Shown here: piece after piece, positions 11,948 to 25,390 of the stretch | Layout of the letters: the number at the start of each line of letters is the position of its first letter | How positions within the stretch are numbered: position 1 is the stretch's first letter | Source of the DNA: the human T2T-CHM13v2.0 reference genome, Homo sapiens | DNA: 64,000 nt | Assembly: GCF_009914755.1 (NCBI RefSeq) | Contig: NC_060929.1 | Reading direction: 5' to 3' (one strand) | Notes under the pieces: model-generated | Database searches by the model: none | What the model saw: only the letters and a program-made list of their open reading frames with translations | Told to the model about the DNA's origin: nothing | Position numbers and translations under genes: made by a program

Positions 11948-14900
11948 TTAAAGAACTGCCTCCTAAATTATTTAAGGTAAAGAATAAAATTAATACAGAA
12001 ATCAAGAAATCCACTGAAAGTAATGAAAACAAAGATACAACATTTCAGAATCTCTGAAACATAGCTAAAGTAGTGCTAAGATGAAAGTTTATAGTGTTAA
12101 ATTCCTACATCCAAATGTTAGAAAGATCTCAGATAAACAACCTAACATCACATCCAGAGGAACTAGAAATACAGGAGCAAAACAACTCAGATGTGAGCAG
12201 AAGAAAATAAATAACTAAAATCAGGGCTGAACTCAATGAAATTGAGACATGTAAATTCATAAGGAGAATCAACAACACCAAGAGCTAGTTCTTTGCAAGA
12301 ATAAATAGAATTTACAGACAAATAACTAGACTAATAAAGAACAAAAGAAAGAAGGTCCAAACAAACACAATCAGAAATGACAAATGTGACATTATCACTA
12401 ACCCCACAGAAATATAAAAAACCTCTCAGAACCTATTATGAACACCAGTATGCACACAAACTAGAAACCTTAGAAGAAATGGATAAATTTCTTGAAACAT
12501 AAAATATTCCACGATTGAACTGGGAAGAAATTGAATCCCTGAGCTGACCAATAATGAGTTCCTAAATTGAATTAGTAATAAGAAATTTACTAACCAGAAA
12601 AAAGGTCTGTACCAGACAGATTCACAGCCAAATTCTACCAGACATAGAAAGAAGACCTGGTATGAATCCCAGTGAAACTATTCCAAAATTTGAGAAGAGA
12701 CTCCTCCTTAACTTCCTCTACAAGGCCAGCATTATTCTGATACCAAAACTTAGCAGAGACATAATGAAAAAAAGAAAATTTCAGGCCAGTACCCTAGATA
12801 AACATAGACACAAAAATTACCAACAGAATACTAGCAAATCAAATACAGCAGAATATAAAAAACTAATCCATCACAGTCAAATAGGCGTTGTTCTTGGTAT
12901 GCAAGTTTGGGTCAACGTACGCACATCAATAAATGGGATTCGTCATACAAACAGAACTTAAAACTAAAGCCACATGGTCATTTCAATGGTCATAGAAAAT
13001 GCATCTATCTCTTCATGTTTAAAACCTTCAACAAACTAGGTATTAAAGGAACATGTCTCAAAATTATAAGAGCTATCCATGATAAACCCACAGCAAACAT
13101 CATACTGAATGGGAAAAAGCTGGAAGCCTTCCCACTGATAACTGGAACAAGACAAGTGTATCCACTCTCACTACTTCTGTTCAACAGAGTACTGGAAGTT
13201 CTAGCTGTCAATCAGGTAAGAGAAAGAAATAAAATAACATACAAGTAGAAAGACAGCAATCAAATTATCTCTCTTTGCAGATGATATGATTCTATACTTA
13301 GAAAAATCCCATAGTCTCTGCACAAAGTCCCCTAGAACTGATAAACAACCTCAGTAGTTTTATGATAGAAAATCAATGTTCAAAAATCAGTAGCATTTTT
13401 ATATACCAGGAACATCCAAGCTGAGAGCCAAATCAAGAATTCAATCTCATTCACAATAGCCACAAAAAGAACAAAATACCTAGAAGTGCAAATAACCAGG
13501 ATAGTCAAAGATGTTTAGAATGAGAATTATAAAACACGACTGAAAGAAATCCGAAATGACACAAATAAATGGAAAAATCTTCCATGCTCATGGATAGGAA
13601 GAGTCAATATTGTTAAATGGACATCTGCCCACAGCAATATACAGATTTGATGCAATTCCTATCAAATTATCAACATTATTTTTCACATAATTAGAAAAAG
13701 CAATTCTAAAATTTATATATGACCCTGAAAAGAGTCCAAATATCCAAAGCAATCCTAAGCAAAAAGAAAAAGCTGGAGGCATCACCTTATCTGATTTCAG
13801 ATTTTAATTATAAGTCTATAGTAACCCAAAGAGCATGGTACTGGTACAAAAATGGGCACATAGATCAATGGAACAGAATAGAGAATCCAGAAATAATAAA
13901 GAAACATACCTATAACCTACTGATCTTCAACAAAGTTGACAAAAACATACAATTGGTAAAGAAGACCCTATTCAATAAATAGTGCTGGGAAAACTGAATT
14001 GCTATATGCAGAATAATGAAACTGGAACCCTATCACTCATTAAATACAAAAATTAACTCAATCTGCATTAAAGACTTAAATGTAAGACCTGAAACTATCT
14101 TAATTATCAAAGAAAACCTAAGAAAATCTCATTTAGGCATTGGACTAGGAAATGAATTTATGACTAAGACCTCAAAAGTAAATGCAACAAAAATAAAGCT
14201 AAACAAAAAAATCAGAACATACATAAATTAAAAAATCTTTTGTACAGTAAAAGAAATAATCAACAGAGTAAATATGTAACCTCCAGAATGAGGGAGAATA
14301 TTTTCAAACTATGCTTCCAATAAAGGACTAATATCCAGAGTCTATAAGGAACTAAAACAACTTAGCAACAACAACAAAAACAATAACAGCATTAAAAAGT
14401 GGGCAAAGGACATGAACAGACATTCCTGAAAAGAAGACACAGAAGCAGCCAGAAAACATATGAAAAAATGTTGAATATTATTAATCATCAGAGAAATGCA
14501 AATTAAAGCCACAAAGAGATACCATCTCAAAGCAGTCAGAATGGTTATTAAAAAGTCAAAAAACAACAGATGTTGGCAAGAATGCAGAGAAAAGGGAATG
14601 CTTTACACACAGTTGATGAGAATGTAAATTAGTACAACTTCTATGAAAAATAGTATGGAGGTTTCTCAAACAATTAAAAATAGAATCACCATTTGATCTG
14701 GTAATCTCATAACTAGATGTTTACCCTCCACAAAATAAATTGTGATATCAAAAAGACACCTGTACTCCTATGTTTTCTGCAGCACTATTCACAACAGCTA
14801 AGTCATGGAATCAACCTGAGTTTTGATCAACAAATTGTTGGCTAAAGAAAATGTGGCATATATACACCATGGAATAGTACTCTGAGATAATAAAAAATAA

Positions 14901-15524
14901 AACCATGTCATTGCAGCAACATGCATGTTGCTTGAGGCCATTATACTAAGTGTTTTTTTACTCAGAAATAGAAAAGCAAATACCACATGTTCTCATTTAT
15001 AAGTGGGTGCTAAACAATAGATACCTATGGCCATATAGAGGAGAATGATAGCAACTGGGGACTCCAAAAATGGGGAGGGTGTTTGTGGGTGAGTTTGGAA
15101 TAATTATCTATTTTGCACAATACTATTTGACTGTCCAGGTGATGGATACACTAGAAACCCAGACTTTGCCACTATGCAATATATATCCATATTACGAAAC
15201 TGTACATGTACCCCCCGAATCTATAAAAATTAAAAAAATACATTTTAACATAATAAAATATAGAATTTTAAATTTAAACTAAATAAGTTTTATTCAAAAC
15301 CTACTTCTTAGAGACTGCCAATAGACTCTATATACTTGGCAAAGATTCTTGAAATACAGAAAATAGGCAAAAGACAGACCCTGGCATGTAATGCAGTTGT
15401 ACAAATTAGAAATAAAATGACAAGTAATGAGTAGGAAAAAAAGGCAAATGATATAAAAGACATGTCATGAAATAGGAAATACATGTCACAGGAACATTTT
15501 TAAAGATGCTGAGAAATCACTTAA

Positions 15525-15640
15525 CAGGTACAACATACAGTGTTTGGGTGATGGTTACACTAAAAGCTCAGAGTTCACCACTATGCAATATATCCATGTA
15601 ACAGAATTGCACTTGAACCTCTTAAATTTTGTTTAAAATA
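15525..15640 (+). mobile_element. Short L1 (L1PB/L1MA-like) 3' end fragment
   Basis: gggtgatggttacactaaaagctcagagttcaccactatgcaatatatccatgtaac. Confidence 0.75.
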
Positions 15641-17049
15641 TACTCGAAATTATTTATAGGTAAATTCCAATGAAGTCCACACTTATTCAGTTGGTAAACT
15701 TTAAGAATGTTGCAATATCGTATTCTATAGAGCACATGTATCAGTCAGATGACTTGTATATTATGTTCCTGAGTTTAACATATTGCAATCCATTTTGTTA
15801 AATGGCTTGGCATTATATTGTGAAGACCAGTTTTCATATACAATGAGTCAATAACATACTTGTCTACACTCGTGAGAATTTTTAGTCCTTGTATCCCAGG
15901 AGAGAGTTACAATACTTAAAATGGCACTGCTCCAGATGTTAAAAGACAAAAGGAAGAAGACGAAATATAATCTGCCTTGATAGAGAAAATGAATAAATTG
16001 TAACACATTGCCACAAGTAATCCACACATTACAGAAATAAATGATAGCTACACTTAGCAATACGAATGTCCTGTCCTAATCTCTAATCTCTAGTGAAGAA
16101 AAAGACAGTTACAGAAAAATATATACTCTCTAATATTATTTTTGTGGAATTCAGCAACAATTGTGTGTGTATGTGTTTTTGTGTATGTATGTATAAGCAC
16201 ATTTATATGAAGCACTCACATAAATATTTTAATAAGTGATAAAATGATATTTAAAATTTTATAAAAGGGACAACAAAAAAATGCTTTAAGGGAGGGCGTA
16301 AGTAGATGAACATGGCTGTTAAAGTTCTAGAGCACTGAGCAATGGCCGTTCTTTGTATTATGAGAAACCCATATGGATAAGCATATGTAAATCTCTTACT
16401 GCACCAATAAAATCTAAATTGTTTCTCTTCTCATATCAATGAATAAAATAATATGAATATTACTAGCTGTTGCCCCTTTTTATATCTCTTTTTCTTCTAT
16501 TTTATTTCTTGCAACACCTAGAATCTGATTTTTCTAAATTTCAAAGTGAAGCTGAAATAAACTTAGTTCCTTATATGGTAAGACAGAGCCCTTTAGGGAA
16601 CAAGGAAATGGATTTCTTTGGCTACAATGACAAAAAGGAAATAAATATTTTACCACATCTTGTTTCACAGGGCTAACCTTGTCCTGGGCCAAACTGTCCT
16701 CAGGAAATCCAGTGCTATGTTGAGGAAATCCAGTTTCCCTCTCAGATTCTTTTTGAGTTCTTTTTTACTAAGTGAATAAATTATGCTGTTTTCTGGAAGA
16801 AAAATGAAGTCCTAACGAAATAATCCTCAGAAAAATCACCTACTTAAAGTGTATATGTTACATATGTTATAAATATTATAAATGTGTATCAATGAATTTC
16901 TAATAGGTAAATATAAGTAAGAAAAATTACAATATCTACAAATGTCTTCTAAATGACTTTAGACTTGACAAATCAGTGTCAATTGAGATTCTTTTTCTGT
17001 TGCTTGAGGGACACTTTAGCAAAATAGATAAACAATCAGACCCTGGATT

Positions 17050-17210
17050 TAGCACTGAAGTCTCGTTTGAGATCTAAATCTGTCATGTACAAGACTTGTA
17101 ACACAAATCAAGTTATATGTTCACTTGTGCCTCAGTATCCTCAACTATAAAATAGTAGTTCTTCCCTCACTGTATTGTTGTAAGGATTAATTAAATTAAT
17201 AAATAAGGGA
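17050..17210 (+). mobile_element. MIR
   Basis: caagtta...tgtgcctcagtatcctcaactataaaat...ttgttgtaaggattaa core. Confidence 0.7.
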
Positions 17211-17524
17211 CATTTTAAAAAATCCTGTCAAAATAATACTATACATTGATTTGCTATTTTTTTCCATAGCAAATCTTTTTTCACCCCTCAAAAATTTGCA
17301 TGCATTGTAATAGATGCCAGACATTAACGACTATGCCAGACATATTCATTTCTTCCTGGATGGCTGTTACAATATAGCAAGGATGACACTGTGAACAGTA
17401 AACATAAAAAGGCATTTATTTCTCATGAAGGAAGATGGTATGGGTGAATAAGTACATTTGGGAATTGAGGTGGAGCTTTCTTGAGGAAACGATATTTTAG
17501 ATTGTACCTAAAGAATAAAATGGA

Positions 17525-17892
<368 letters not shown>

Positions 17893-19117
17893 GAGTAAGT
17901 AAGAGGGGCAAGATAATTCCAATGAGAATTAACCAAATGGGCCAAGATCTGAGGCAAGAAAGGGAATAGTGGGGAAGATTAAGTTAAGAGAAGAGCAAGG
18001 ACTAACATACAAATGAAAGAAGTTACACTAAATATTAGCGATTTTAGAGGGAATAAAATAGGAAGCCATGAATTAGTTTCTGGAAAATAAAAAGAAAATG
18101 ATCCGATTTATATGTTTTAAAAAAATACGTTAACATTTGAAGTAAGGGTTTGGAGAAGAAATAGCAAGAGCAGAGGTAAGGAGACTAGTTCACGTGCCTT
18201 TGCATGATATTGTGTTGGGCTGAGCTACAGTGGTGGAGGTAGGAGAAAGAATTTAAATGACTGCAGAAACCAGTTAGGTGCAGCATCTATAAAACATTGC
18301 ATGAGCATAGACAGGAGGAAAAGGAAGGTGTTAAGAATACATTGAGAAAAAAGATGGACTATTATCCCTTTTTAAATATGGAGAACCCTTTGGATTTAGG
18401 AAAAAATATAGATATCGGGTATGAGTTGTTGAGTTTCTGAATAAAATGAGACAATAAAGTAAATATGTCAGCCTGGGATTCAAAACTGTATGTAAGTGTG
18501 CGTATGTTTGCATGTTCTATGTTTGTAGATACATATATATTTACATATATAAGACAGATGCAAAATATGACATTTCAAAGCATGAGAATGAGTAATGTTG
18601 CCCAGAGATAAAATTGAGAGAGATAATGTGTCCAAGACTTGATTTCTATAAAATTGGGGAAATTAAAATAGAAATTAGGGCCACGTGTTAATATTAAATA
18701 AAAAAGCCAATGTTTCTACAAGAAATGAAGAATCAACTATATTGAACATATCTGCAGTTCCAGGAAAGATGTGGACTCAAAAGTTCCAAATGCCTTGGAA
18801 ATGGGTAATAAGTCTAACATAAGCAATAGCCAATTTCCTGGATATTAAAAACTGCAAGACTAAAAAGACTTGGTTGCAGAGTGTGGGGAAAATGTGAGTG
18901 GGGACAGGTTTCATGAGAACATGAATGTTTTGAGCCATGTGAAAGAGACATGAGTACAGTCATTGAGTGGATAGAGTCTAGGGTAGATTGGGGCACTGTA
19001 GTACATTTTCACATAGAGGTGCATGATCTAGGAGAGGGATGTGAGGAAGGTTCAGGAAAATAATAAGATAAAGAAAGTTGCTGAGAAAATGAACAGGGAT
19101 GGTGCAGTAGCACTGCA

Positions 19118-19468
19118 ACACTGCTAATAAAGACATACCAGAGACTGGGTAATTTATAAAGGGAAGAGGTTTAATTGACTCACAGTTCCTGTGAGGGGGC
19201 TGGAGGGGGCTCACAAACATGGTGGAAGGTTAATGGGGAGCAAAGTCATATCTTTCAAGGTGGTAGGCAAGCGAGTGTGTGCAGGGGAACCCTCCTTTAT
19301 AAAACCATCAGATCTCGTGAGACGTATTCACTACCAGGAGAACAACGTGGGAAAGACCCGCCCCCATGATTCAATTACCTCCCACTGGGTCCCTCCCATG
19401 ACACGTGGCAATTATGGGAGATAAAATTCAAGATGAGATTTGGGTGGGGACACAACCAAACCATATCA
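19118..19468 (-). mobile_element. THE1 solo LTR, lacking its terminal ~17 bp on the left
   Basis: ctgctaataaagacataccagagactgggtaatttataaa...ttcaagatgagatttgggtggggacacaaccaaaccatatca. Confidence 0.9.
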
Positions 19469-19949
19469 CTTGGGTTCCAAAGCTCATATGGAGAAATGGC
19501 CTCAGGTAAGCGAAGAGCAGACACCTTAGGAAGGAAAAACTCTACTCTCTGCTTTTTAATTTATTGCTTATTCTGGAAATATCTCATGTTGCACTATAGT
19601 TTTTTCTAATAATATCTGCGTTATTACATGAAGTTTTTCCCAAGCATGCTTGCATAATTGTAGCCTATTGTATTATTTTTTATAATGTAGTCTGAATATT
19701 GGTAGAAAAGTTGATAGAAAAGTTTTGTTTCCTTCATTCAACAATGTATAGTTTCAACATAACGACTATATTTTAGAAAGGAAAATATATTAATGTATTG
19801 CCACATGACATATCGGTTATAAATGACTATTAACATTCAACATTTTTAAGTTAGCTTTTTAACATTATTGCATTGTGAAACTCCTGAATTATCTTGAGGG
19901 AGAAAGACTCCATATACAATTTGACCCTAAACTACATTATCATTATCAT

Positions 19950-20231
19950 TATTTTTTGAGATGGAGTCTCGCATTGTCATAGGGGCTTGTGTGCAGTGGC
20001 ACAATCTTGGCTCAATGTAACCTCTGCCTCCCAGGTTCAAGTGATTCTCCTGCCTCAGCCTCCTGAGTAGCTAGGATTACAGGTGCCCGCCACCCCGCCT
20101 GGCTAACTTTTTGTATTTTTAGTAGAGACGGGGTTTCACTCTGATGGCCACACTGGTCTTGAACTCCTGACCTCGTGATCCGCCCGACTCAGCCTCCCAA
20201 AGTGCTGGGATTTCAGCCACTGCACCCGGCC
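19950..20231 (-). mobile_element. AluS (Sg-like)
   Basis: ttttttgagatggagtctc...gaactcctgacctcgtgatccgccc...cccggcc. Confidence 0.92.
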
Positions 20232-20351
20232 TATTATTTTTGTTTTTTTAAAAATGATTATTTATTATTACATGTGCTGGGATTACAGGCGTGGGCTACC
20301 GTGCCCAGCCTATTATTTTTGTTTTTTTAAAATAATTATTTATTATTACAT
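20202..20351. repeat. Tandem duplication of the Alu 5' end plus flank (72 and 78 bp units)
   Basis: gtgctgggatt...cctattatttttgtttttttaaaa..attatttattattacat occurs twice. Confidence 0.9.
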
Positions 20352-21667
20352 ATATATGTTTTATGAGTCTCACATCTTTAAAGGATTATAGTTGACCAAA
20401 TACATCCTTAAAAAGTTCTGTAATTCCCAGACAATATTATGCAAGTTAATAAAAATTTGTTGTGATTAGGCTACAAAGATTTGTTGAAGATGGACATGAT
20501 TTCTTCCTTTGTATTATGCAATTAAGAATTTCAATTTATAACATACATTCAGAGCTAATTATAAGATACCAAGCATTTTGAACAAAATTGGAGATCTATA
20601 TTTGCAGATATCTGTGACTTTCATTCATTTCCAAGAGGGTACACTGTGTTTCTGGACACGAGTGAAAGTTCCAGGTGCATGGGTGTCTCATTGAACAGCA
20701 GAAGGAGGATGAAAAGTACTGTTGAACTGTAGGGAGGCTAAAGAAATACTCTTCTTGGAGACTAGTCTCATAAAACATTACTGCATTCCCTCACTTCTTC
20801 ATTCATTCATTTATTCTACAATTCTTTTGAGATTTTAATACATTCCAAGAATTATGTTAGCTGTTATGAGTTGCATAAGTATTCTCATCCTGATTCTTCA
20901 AGTACAAATTGAAGTATGAGAAAGACATACGATAATAAACCCCCCCCAAACAATAGCATTGGCTCATGGAACATCAAGGACAGTGTCCTGGGAGGAGAAC
21001 TGTGTGGAAAACATTTTGCCTGCCCCCTGACCTTGTAGGGGGATATTTTCTTCAAAATCCTGGGAGATTTGGGAGAAATCTCATAGATCCACATAGATCC
21101 CAAATCCTGGGATTCTATGTGGATAAAATTAATGTAAATATAGACCTCTTTCTCTGCTCTTTAATTTCATCTATCCTACTTTAATTATTTATCTGATTGG
21201 AAAACTAAAATGAGAGAAATTGAAAAAAGGGAGAGAGTGAATGAAACTAGGTAAGCTTGGCTCAGTTTTGTATTTCTTCCTTTCAGGAGAATACTGCACA
21301 CTTGGGTTGGCAAGCTGCTTTGCTGTACTGTCAATGGGCATCCTCCTGAGAACAAGAAGTCTGGCATTCCTAGGACTGTGTCTAGGAAAAGGTAATAACT
21401 TGCCCTTCATCTTCTATTCTCTGCATCATTTTAAAGCTTGTTTAGAACCTGGGAAGGGAAGAGGACCATTAGTTTTTTGATTCCCCTCAGAGTATCCCCA
21501 AGCAACTTCAGCATCCTTCTGGTTGGTTATTATCATTAAACTGAAATCTGAACCTAAAATATGTATCTTCAGAGAATTTTAAGAATTTAGCCAAGAGTGT
21601 TTTAGTAGTGATTTGAGGAAAGAAGAAAGAGGAAAAGCTAGGTTGAATTAGCTGACTCAGCAGACTC

Positions 21668-21669
<2 letters not shown>

Positions 21670-21704
<35 letters not shown>

Positions 21705-21728
21705 GTATATATATGATCTATATATATC
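21670..21728. repeat. (TA)n microsatellite
   Basis: Read directly. Confidence 0.95.
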
Positions 21729-21759
21729 TGAGAATATATATTATATGTAACATAATCTT

Positions 21760-22700
21760 ATAATATATTTATGTGAACAATGGAGAAATTTTTACTTACA
21801 AAAAAGTTACTAACAAGATATTTTGAAAAATTACTCTAGGAAACAGGATATTTTTATGGTACAAAATTTTGAGGAATTAAAAGTTTAAAACAAAACATGA
21901 ACAACCTGAGATAAAATCAAATTTAGAATAAGTTAAAGACATACTTGGTAGAATTTAAAAAAGGAATCAAAAAAGGAAAATACCATTGAGTGATTTATTA
22001 CTATTTACAGGGGAAAATAAAACCCTACAAAATAAATTCTTTAGATTAAAAAAAAAACAGCAGCAATAATGGGGACATATTGGAGAATATGACAGAGTAG
22101 TCAGTAAAGGCAAATAGATAAAAATGAGTTCCAAGAATATTATTCCTCTGGACACAGACACTATGATATAAAATGCCCATAATTGATGTATTTGAAAGTA
22201 GACGAGGAAAAATGAAACAAAATATTCAGAATAAATACAGGAACATTTTCTGTAAAAGAAACCTGAATAGGTAGATTCAAAACACTCAATGTATTTCAGT
22301 GACTCAAAAAGCATTAATAATGATCAAAAAGACTGAGACAGATTCTGGTAAACTTACTGATCTTCGGGTTTAAAGAAGGAAACCTGCAAGCATCCAGGGA
22401 AAAAGACAGGAGGTCATTTAAAAAGGGAAATACAGAGATGATTTTATATTTCTCAGTAACTTTAGGTGACAGATGACAACAGGGAAACCTCTACAATGCA
22501 TGAAAAAGAAATGAATAGACCCAGCAATCTTATGACCAGCTGGCATGTTATCCATTGTATAGCACAAAATGAAGATGAGTTTGACAAATCCAAGGTTCAG
22601 GAAATAAAGCATTCACTAACTCACTGTTAAAGAATATGCTGGTGAATGTGTCCATTCATCAGAACTATAGCTAAATAACCATAAAAAGTACAAATAGAGA
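21760..22700 (+). mobile_element. Ancient L1M/HAL1 ORF1-like remnant
   Basis: A-rich decayed sequence with ORF1-like motifs (aagcatccaggg, tttctcagtaac, acccagcaatcttatgaccagc); heavily diverged. Confidence 0.4.
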
Positions 22701-22984
22701 ATGGGATGTAAAAGCTACAAGTAAAAAAAAGATGTTTAACATGAAAAATAATATATTTCTTATACACTGAATGAGAATGTATCCAGATATTTTCCCCAGT
22801 CTCTTTTGAGAAAAAAATGACTAATTATGAAAGTATATTCATTTATTTATGCCTGAATAAAACAAATTATTTATTTAACACACAATGTGTCAGCCACCTC
22901 TCTGCATGCTAAGGATACTACAAAGAAAAACAAAAATTCCTTCCTTCCTAACAGATCCTTCCTAACAGAGTATATGTGCTAGAG

Positions 22985-23317
22985 CAGGGGTCCCCAACCC
23001 CTGGGCCATCCAGTAGTGGTCTGTGGCCTGTCAGGAACGAGGCCACACAGCAGGGGTTGAGTGGTGGCAAGTGAGCATTACCACCTGAGCTCTACCTCCT
23101 GTCAGATCAGCAGCAGCATTAGATTCTCATAGGAGCACAAACCCCACGGTAAACTGTGCATGCGAGGACTCTGGGTTGCATGCTCCTTACGCGAATCTAA
23201 CACCTGATGATCTGAGGTGGAGCAGTTTTATCCCAAAACCATCTCCCCCCAACTGTCTGTGAAAAAACTGTCTTCCACAAAACCGGTTCCTGATGCCAAA
23301 AAGGTTGGGTACCACTG
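22985..23317 (+). mobile_element. MER1B (hAT-Charlie)
   Basis: TIRs caggggtccccaacc...ggttgggtaccactg; internal gtcagatcagcagcagcattagattctcataggagc; degenerate 8-bp TSD tgctagag/ctctacag. Confidence 0.92.
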
Positions 23318-23854
23318 CTCTACAGAGATAGACATAAATTAAAAAGGTAAATATATAATATGTTAGATAATCAGTGTTATATAGAACAAAAGCAAAGAAG
23401 GAGCACAGGGAATGACTTATTAATCACCTTCCTTATTTAGTTGAGTTTGCAATTTTAAACTGGGTGGTAAGTGAAGACAAATAAGAAAGAAGGTTGTATT
23501 TAAGCCTTCTAAAAGAAGATGTGTATGACCTTCAGATTCCCTTGGGGAGAGGTCACCTAGATCCCACATGTAATCATTATTCTCCTTAAAATAGCTGAGA
23601 TGTAGGTGGAGAGGAAGGGTGAGATCAGGGAGCTTGGAGGGAGAGAGCAAGTCCATGTCAGGAAGCAAGGATTTACCTTTTTTTTTTTCAGTTTTGAATG
23701 ACGGCCTCCTGAGGCAACATTTTGTTGATTCTGGACAAATTCAAGCATCGTAATGCAAAAGTACGTCATCTCATCCTCCTGTCTTATACCCTTTAACTTC
23801 TGCACTAGATCTCTGCTGCTGACCCTGAGGCTGGAGAAGCCACAGGACTACGTA

Positions 23855-24077
23855 CAAGCTTGTCCAACCCCCAAGACCCACTGGGCTGCATGGGCCACAA
23901 GCAGCCCAGGACAGCTTTGAATGCCGCCTAACAGATTCGTAAGCTTTCTTAAAATATTATGAGATTTTTTGTGATTTTTTTTTTTTTTTGCTATCGTTAG
24001 TGTTAGTGTATTTTATGTGTAACCCAAGACAATTCTTTTTCAAATGTGGCCCAGGGAAGCAAAAAGATTTGATGCTG
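23855..24077 (-). mobile_element. MER30 (hAT-Charlie)
   Basis: caagcttgtccaaccc...gctatcgttagtgttagtgtattttatgtgt..cccaagacaattctt...atgtggcccagggaagc. Confidence 0.88.
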
Positions 24078-24180
24078 CTGCTGATGAATTCTGACTAAAT
24101 GTCCTATAAGGCAAAACACTGACAAATAACAGAAAAGCAATGGTGAATACAATTTTCTTTCTTCCACTTTCCAACAGGCT

Positions 24181-24558
24181 TGTCTTAGTTCATTTGTGCT
24201 GTAATAACAAAACATACAGACTGAGTAATTTATTAAAAAAAATAAGAAATTCATTTTTTACAATTCTGCAGGCTGGAAGTCCAAGATCCAGGCATGGTTA
24301 AGGTTGGTGTCCAGTGAGGGCTACTCTCTGCTTTGAAGATGGTGCCTTGTGGCTACATCCTCTCATGGTAGAAAGTGAAAGGGCAAAGTGGGAGAACCCT
24401 ATGTGAAGGCTCTTTTATAAGAGCCTTAATTCATGCATGGGGGTGGAGTCCTCATGACTAAATCATTTCCCAAAAGGCCTCACCTCTTAATATAACTGCA
24501 TTAGAAATTAAGTTAAAACGTGGATTTTGGAGGGGACACAAACATTCAAACCCTAGCA
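24181..24558 (-). mobile_element. MaLR solo LTR (MSTD/MLT1A-like)
   Basis: tgtcttagttc...acattcaaaccctagca; perfect 5-bp TSD aggct at 24176-24180 and 24559-24563. Confidence 0.88.
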
Positions 24559-25229
24559 AGGCTATATTGAATTATCATTTGCGTGGCTTTTTAGAAGAGG
24601 GTCCTGCAAAATGGAACAATCAGTAGTGCTTGATATCTCGTTCCCCTTTCCCTGCCCTTTTGTCCTGGGGTTGCACTCTCAAAAATATAATAGAATGTAA
24701 ATATATGCTACAGGATCTGCTTCTGGAGAAGCTCAGGGTAAAACAATATTTATAATTTTACAAATTACAACATCTATAAATTCTAGAATCACTAACTGTT
24801 TCACTTTGGTCTCAGATGGTTTATTGGACACGGCTTTCATTAATGGCATCCTAATTGTCAAAGGGGTCAAAACTGCCCCAACTTCTCTCGGGGAATAAGC
24901 CTATACAGATATTTTGGAAAACGAATTGCCCCATAAAGATATGTCCTGGAAATAAGGGTGTCAGTGTCTTGGCAGACCTTCTGGGACAGTAACCAGCATC
25001 TCACAAAACCAGATGCTCCATGAATGACAGGCGGTCTCTGAAGAAACTGGTGGTCTTGTCCATTATACAGCAGCAGAGGGAGTTAAAATGTCTCCATTTG
25101 CTTCATTTTGGTTCATGTGACCCTATTTTCTCTGGAGAAAACAACAACAGCAGCAACAAAACCAACAATAAGAACACCCAATTTGCCATGAAGTATTTCT
25201 TCCAATATTTATTTTTTTTTGTGTATATC

Positions 25230-25390
25230 TTTGTTTTTGTTTTTACAGATAGACTCTCACTCTGTTGCCCATGCTGGAGTACGGGGTGTTCTATAACTCA
25301 CTGTAACCTTGAACTTCTAGGCTCTAGTGATTCTCCCACCTTGGCCTCCCAAAACACTTGGATTACAGGTGCAAGCCACCATGCCCAACC
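25230..25390 (-). mobile_element. Alu monomer (FRAM/FLAM-like)
   Basis: Single arm: tctcactctgttgcccatgctggag...ccaccttggcctccc...gccaccatgcccaacc. Confidence 0.8.

Noticed and set aside
23690-24745. Possible ancient ERVL LTR surrounding MER30 and the MST LTR; similar trace at ~34760-35000; L2 traces at ~3670, ~18000-19000, ~20790 and ~22860
   Set aside because: Too diverged to assign family or boundaries by eye
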